From NCBI GenBank assembly GCA_963705125.1, contig CAVPIY010000010.1, forward strand, positions 45,885 through 109,884: a stretch of 64,000 nucleotides of DNA, written 5' to 3'. The translations under genes were made by a program, and so were the position numbers. Each line of letters begins with the position of its first letter. The first letter of the stretch is position 1. This document shows, in pieces, positions 58,459 through 64,000 of the stretch. The notes beneath the pieces were generated by a model. The model made no database searches and was not told where the DNA came from. It was given only the letters and a program-made list of their open reading frames with translations. The stretch comes from an uncultured Bacteroidales bacterium. GTDB taxonomy: Bacteria; Bacteroidota; Bacteroidia; Bacteroidales; UBA10428.

Positions 58459-59491
58459 TTATGCATCAGACGTCCGGCTGTCCGTGTAATTCCGCCATTT
58501 ATCCAACAGGGCCTGCATATCAGCAGGGAGATCCGATTCAAAGAGCATGTCCTGCCGGGTTTCGGGATGCCGGAAGCCGAGGGATCTGGCATGCAGGGCA
58601 TGGCGCGGCATGCCGGCAAAGCAGTTCTCCACGAACTGCCGGTATTTTGCAAACACCGTACCGCGCAGGATCTTATTGCCGCCATACCGTTCATCGTTAA
58701 AAACCGGGTGGCGGACATACTCCATGTGCACCCTGATCTGGTGCGTGCGTCCGGTCTCGAGCCTGCACTCCACCAGGCTCACGTAGCCCAGCTTTTCCAG
58801 CTCCCTGTAATGCGTGATGGCCGGTTTGCCCTGGTCGCCCTCCGGGAAGACCTGCATCTTCAGCCGGTCGCGTATGCTCCTGCCGATATTCCCGGTGATG
58901 GTGCCCTCCGGCTTGTCGAAGGTGCCCCATACCACGGCCTGGTATGTGCGGCTCGTGGTGCGGTCGAAAAACTGCTTCGCCAGCCGGTTCAGCGCCATCT
59001 CGGTCTTCGCGATCACCAGGAGGCCCGAGGTGTCCTTGTCGATCCGGTGCACCAGCCCGGGCCGCATCTCGCCGGTCCGGAACAGCGGCAGGTCGCGCAA
59101 GATGCCAGGCCAGCGCGTTCACCAGCGTGCCGGTGAAATTGCCGTGCCCCGGGTGAACCACCATGCCGGCCGCCTTGTTCACCACCAGCAGGTGATCATC
59201 CTCATACAAAATGTCAAGGGGTATGTCCTCGGGGACCAGCTCATATTCGCGGTGTGGGTAGGGGAGTACAACCGTAATCACATCTTCGGGTTTCACCCGG
59301 TAATTTGGCTTCACCACATGCTCATTCACCAGTACATTGCCGGCCCGCACGGCCACCTGGATCTTGTTGCGCGATACCTGCTCCAGCCGGTTGAACAGGA
59401 ACTTGTCGAGCCGTAAAAGCCCCTGTCCCTTGTCAGCCACGATGCGGTGATGCTCGTAAAGCTCAGCTGTTTCAAACAGTTCATCCTGCAT
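58459..59491 (-). CDS. rluD: RluA family 23S rRNA pseudouridine synthase (frameshift near 59100)
   Basis: S4 RLDKFL, VNKAAGMVVHPG, HRIDKDTSG, TGRTHQIRVH, ALHA..LGF.HP. Confidence 0.9.
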
Positions 59492-59501
59492 GGCCTTCGG
59501 A

Positions 59502-61428
59502 TTAGCGGCGGATCACCACCTTGCGGCTTACCACCCTGCCATCGGCAACCGTGAGCTGCAGGATATACAGCCCTTCAGGCAATGCCGACACATCCAGTAT
59601 TTCACACTCTTGCTCTTGCTCACAAACTGACCTTCCCTGGAGGTCGAACAGCCTGATCCGCAGCAGGGGATAACCCGCTGCGCGGATAAAGATCCGGTCC
59701 GAGGCCGGATTGGGGTACACGGTAATATCCGGTCCGTTAGCGGGGATGTCCCCTCCGCCGGTCACGAGGTCCTTTTTGCTGAATACCGCCCGGATCATCG
59801 GCGTGCCGGGTATCAGGCTCTGACCCGGGGTTGAACCAGTCGCCCGAGATGTTCACGAACACCCGGTCGAGGTTGTTGCGGTTCACGTCGTATCCCAGGT
59901 TGAGGAAGTCTTCTGTGGTCTGTTTCCAGCCTGCAAAGAAGGAGGTATCGGTGATCACCAGGTTCGTGTCTGCCGGGAAGGCGTACCGCCTGAACCCGGG
60001 CTTCCCCTCCCACTCCCCGGGGGTAAAGGTCTCTTCCGACAGGTAGACCAGGTCGCCCGGCACCCCGCCGGCATCTTTCCACACCCCCAGCCGGAAGGTG
60101 AGGCCGGCGGTTACCTGGTTGCGGGTTTTGTTGAAGAACAGGTCGATTGCCCGGAGCGTATCGGTTATATAGGTCCTGTACCGGCAGGCCAGCAGGGCGC
60201 CGGCCGTGGATTCGCCCGATATGCCGAAGCCGTATTCGGGGGAGCCGTCATCATAGGCGTAGTAATCGCGGAAGTGCAGCTCCGTTCTGGCGGTGTCGTT
60301 CTGCTGTTCCTGGTCGGCCGGGGTGATCAGCCAGGCCACCACCTCCAGGGCGCCTTCCTCCGAATCGTCGTTGCGGGTGAAGGGCACAAAGAAGGGATCG
60401 TTCCGGCGGATGAGCGAGGCCGGGGGGAACTTGGCGAAGTACACCTCGTCGTATTGCCAGGCACCGGTTTTCAGGTTATGCACCTTGTAGCTCCGGCCCA
60501 CGTTCACCGAATCACCATACGCCAGGTTGCGCGCCACGTAATGCAGTGTGTTGCGGGTGATGCTCTGCGCATCGTTGAGGTGCTTCCAGGGGACAGACTC
60601 GTAAAAGTCGAGCAGCTCCCGCGGCGGCTCCACCAGGGTGATGTCATTGATCGAGCGGTGGGAATAATACGGTTCCGCATCCATCATGATGTAATCGATA
60701 TTCCAGCAGTCCACGTTGCTCAGCGCCCCCTCGCCGCCCTTGACCTCGTCGGGTGACATGCTGGTGTAGTTGCGGAAGCGGAAGCGGAAGCCGGCCCGGC
60801 AATAAGATTCCGGTACGGGCCGGATGACCTGGGTGAAGGCTGTAAAAGTGTCGGTGGTGATGTGCCAGGCATTTTGCCAGCTATCCGTTTCCGGGTTATA
60901 GTAGTCCAGCAGCAGTGAATCCACTTTCTCAGGCACCTCGCCCTTTCCGCCTGCCTGGTAGAAGAAGCTCAGCTTAACCGTGTCAGGTCCCGCGGCATAG
61001 GGAGAAAGGTCGAAGGGCAGCGAGGTCAGGCTGTCGGATGCGGTTGCCACACTGGAGAGGGCGTATATCTCCCCGTATTCGTTGATGGCATCGAGGGTGG
61101 CCACGCCCGCTGATATGGGTTCAAAGGCAAAGGAGTTGTTCACGAAGGCATAGCGGTCTGCCCATTTGGAGGAGTCGGGTACCACCCGGGATGCGGAAAA
61201 ATCCTCGAAAAAGGGAAGGCCCAGCATCTCTTCCGCCTTGGCTGCCCTGACGGCTGAAGGCAGGCCTGTCTTGAGGGCATCCGGCTTCCGGCTGAGGTAT
61301 TCGCGGATGACGGGGTTCTCCGTGAGGCCCCGCAATTTTTGAGCAAGAGTTGGGGTGTGGAGAAACAGCAAGAGCAAGAGCAAGAGCAAGAGCAGAGAAG
61401 AAGGGAGTATGGAGTGGGGAGGGCGCAT
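59502..61428 (-). CDS. T9SS type A sorting domain protein (frameshift near 59820)
   Basis: LPFFEDFS, YAYDDGSPE; CTD VYPNPAS...GLYIL...KVVIRR; ATG overlaps the PASTA stop. Confidence 0.85.
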
Positions 61429-62273
61429 CAGTTCTCGGGTATTGAGTCGGTGGTGAAGCCGGGAACCTTGGTGGAGTCGAGCGTGATCCATACGTCAATG
61501 GCGGATCCCAGTGGCAGGGTGATCCCGCCCCCGGTTCCGGGATTCTGCCTGAAAACAACGGCTTTCAGCTCATCTTCGGGTGTGGTGATGGTCTGGTCCG
61601 GCACGGCAGCCCCCACGCTGAGAAAGCGGTCGGAAGCGGCAATCCGGGCCTGCTCGAGCGACATGCCGATGAGGCTGGGCACGCTGGACTGCTCATCGCT
61701 GAGGCCCTTGCCCAGCACCAGGTCAATGGCGGCGCCCTTCAGCACGGAATCACCCGGAGCCAGTGCCTTGCCCCGCATGCGCTGGGCCAGCACCACGTTG
61801 ATGGCAAGATTGGGCTCATAGTAAATATGGCCCACTTTCAGCCCGAAGGATTCCAGCCTGGCCCTGGCCTGCCTGAAGGTGAGGTCGACCAGGTCGGGCA
61901 TGGCCACCCGTGTTGCATTTATGGCATTCATGGTGAGGAAGATCTTCCGGTTCTTCTTGACTTTCAATCCGGCTTTCGGATGCTGATCCACCACGGTGCC
62001 CCTTTCAAAGTCGGCCAGGTACACCGAATCGAACACTTCCACCCGCATATCGCGGTCTTTGGCCGTACGCAGGGCGTCGGTGAGGGTAAGCCCGGACAGG
62101 TCGGGTACGGTGAGGATGTGGCTGTGACGCGTGTATATTTTCAGCACCTGCATGATGATGAGGGTGCCAAAGATCAGGATCAGAAAGGCGAGCACGAGGT
62201 TCCGCAGCACGATCCTGGCTTCGATGTATGCGATCAGTTTCCTGATTCCGGCTATGATCTGTTCGGGGTTCAT
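61428..62273 (-). CDS. PASTA domain protein
   Basis: TM helix then VPDLSG, MPDLVD and VPSLIG repeats. Confidence 0.92.
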   Translation of the reverse strand: MNPEQIIAGIRKLIAYIEARIVLRNLVLAFLILIFGTLIIMQVLKIYTRHSHILTVPDLSGLTLTDALRTAKDRDMRVEVFDSVYLADFERGTVVDQHPKAGLKVKKNRKIFLTMNAINATRVAMPDLVDLTFRQARARLESFGLKVGHIYYEPNLAINVVLAQRMRGKALAPGDSVLKGAAIDLVLGKGLSDEQSSVPSLIGMSLEQARIAASDRFLSVGAAVPDQTITTPEDELKAVVFRQNPGTGGGITLPLGSAIDVWITLDSTKVPGFTTDSIPEN

Positions 62274-62346
62274 ATGGGTGTCAGATAATAATTAACGGAC
62301 AGGCAAAGATAAAATTATCTGCCATATGAAGAGTCCATGGGAAGTA

Positions 62347-63638
62347 TTATAGTATGTGGCGGAGGATGAAAAATACGGCCAGGATGTACATCACCACGGA
62401 TATCTCCCTCCACTTCCCCGTGAACAGCTTGATGAGCACATAGCTCAGCATGCCGAAGGCTATGCCTTCGGAGATGCTGTAGGTCAGCGGCATGATGATC
62501 ATGGTGAGGAATACGGGCAGCGATTCGGAATAGTCCTCCAGGTTGATCTTCTGGACGGGGCTGATCATGAAGAGTCCCACCAGGATCAGCGCGGGTGCCG
62601 TGGCAGCGCTGGGGATCATCAGGAAGAGGGGTGCAAAGAACAGGGACAGCAGCAGGAAGCCGCCCACCACCAGGGCGGTAAGGCCGGTCCTTCCGCCTTC
62701 CGACACGCCGGAAGCGCTTTCCACGTAAGCTGTCAGCGCGCTGGTACCCAGGATGGCGCCTGCTGTGGTGCCCACGGCATCGGCCAGCAGGGCCTGCCTG
62801 GCGCGGGGCACGCCGCCCTTTTCATCGAGCAGGCCGGCCTTGGAGCAGACACCCACCAGGGTGCCCACCGTATCAAAGACATCCACAAAAAGGAAGGTGA
62901 AGATCACGATCAGCATGTCGGCCGTAAATACCCGGCTGAAGTCGAACTTGAAAAACACCGGTGCCAGGGAGGGGGCAGGCTCACCAGCCCATGTTCCGGC
63001 ATGCGGGTGATGCCCAGGGGTATGCCGATGAGGGCAGTGATCATGATCCCCGCCAGAAGGGCGCCCTTCATTCTGAATACCAGCAGGATGCCGGTTATAA
63101 TGATCCCGGCCAGGGCCAGCAGGGCATTGGGATCGGAAAGATCGCCCAGCGAGACCAGGGTGGCATTGTTTCGCACCACCACGCCCGCGTTGCTGAAGCC
63201 GATGAGGGCGATAAACAAGCCGATCCCCACGGAAATGGCATATTTCAGGTTCATGGGGATGCTGTCGATGATGGCCTCGCGCACCCTGAAAAAGGTGAGC
63301 AGGATGAAGAGGAGGCCCTCGATGAATACGGCAGTGAGTGCCATTTCCCAGCTGTACCCCATCTGGGTCACCACGGTGTAGGCAAAGAAGGCATTCAGCC
63401 CCATGCCCGGGGCAACCGCTATGGGCAGGTTGGCGTAAAAGGCCATGACCAGGATGGCCATGACCGAGGACAGGGCCGTGGCCGTGAACACGGCATCGCG
63501 GTCCATGCCTGCACTGCTGAGGATGTTCGGGTTCACGGCCAGGATATAGGCCATGGTCATGAATGTGGTGGCACCGGCCAGGATCTCGGTGCGCACGGTG
63601 GTGCCGTTTTGCCTGAGTTTGAATAGTTTTTCGATCAT
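62347..63638 (-). CDS. NCS2/AzgA family purine permease (frameshift near 62970)
   Basis: TEILAGATTFMTMAYILAVNP, APGMGLNAFF, FDTVGTL, YVESASG..EGGRTGL. Confidence 0.92.
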
Positions 63639-63711
63639 CGTATGCCGCTTTCTCAAATTTAACAAATTCTGTGTAATTTTACCGTATATTTGCGACCGCA
63701 ACGCAAAACTG

Positions 63712-64000
63712 ATGAGCAGCCCGGGCATGATCACACAGCGGCACAAGGAAGCCGCCGCGGGGCAGAAGTTCTCCATTCTGATCCCCTCGTGGAATAACCT
63801 GCCCTACCTGAAATTGTGCGTCCGTAGCATCAGGCAGAATTCTGCCTTCCCCCACCAGGTGATCGTCCACATCAATGAAGGGTCCGATGGCAGCCTGGCC
63901 TGGGTTCGGGAGAACGGTCTTTCCTATACCCACAGCTGGCAGAACATCGGGGTCTGCTGGGCCATGAATGCCATGCGGCCGATGGCCGATGCGGACTACC
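63712..64000 (+). CDS. Glycosyltransferase family 2 (partial)
   Basis: Manual translation: FSILIPSWNNLPYLKLCVRSI...VIVHINEGSDGS...NIGVCWAMN; TATATTTG at 63685. Confidence 0.85.
   Translation, partial: MSSPGMITQRHKEAAAGQKFSILIPSWNNLPYLKLCVRSIRQNSAFPHQVIVHINEGSDGSLAWVRENGLSYTHSWQNIGVCWAMNAMRPMADADY

Noticed and set aside
61367-61393. (GCAAGA)n repeat as a phase-variation switch
   Set aside because: The 6-bp unit is in frame and only changes the poly-Leu length of a signal peptide.
62356-63626. Long antisense ORFs (e.g. 62356-63381, 33242-34048, 43042-43632)
   Set aside because: Shadow frames of well-supported genes, with no independent motifs.
58459-63638. Pseudogenisation or programmed frameshifting of rluD, the T9SS gene and the NCS2 permease
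   Set aside because: Isolated single-base shifts in otherwise intact genes are better explained by sequencing indels; the same applies near 20040.

Overview
This window looks like Bacteroidota (probably Bacteroidales) chromosomal DNA, judging by T9SS C-terminal domains, lipoproteins with K/D/E-rich export signals and TAnnTTTG-type promoters. About 1-58450 is a mostly AT-rich accessory mosaic. It holds secreted proteins and lipoproteins, a TPR histidine kinase, a signal-peptide-bearing protoglobin operon, a TlpA/DUF6029-like cluster, an RND pump, a BspA-like LRR protein, and an ECF sigma / membrane TPR anti-sigma / membrane-anchored CHAT protease module. It also carries many gene fragments, palindromic repeats and IS elements. 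A three-copy gene module spans 9.2-23.4 kb, with 1.4-kb near-identical direct repeats around a redox cargo. At 52.4-58.4 kb there is a nested IS stack (IS110 > IS4-like MITE > IS4 > IS21); the three inner insertions have readable target duplications, and the IS110 leader is a candidate bridge RNA. From about 58450 the sequence is GC-rich core genome (RluA-family synthase, T9SS protein, PASTA protein, NCS2 permease, GT2). Single-base frameshifts in housekeeping genes suggest sequencing indels, so frameshift-only pseudogene calls are uncertain. All family assignments come from motif recognition by eye, not database searches.
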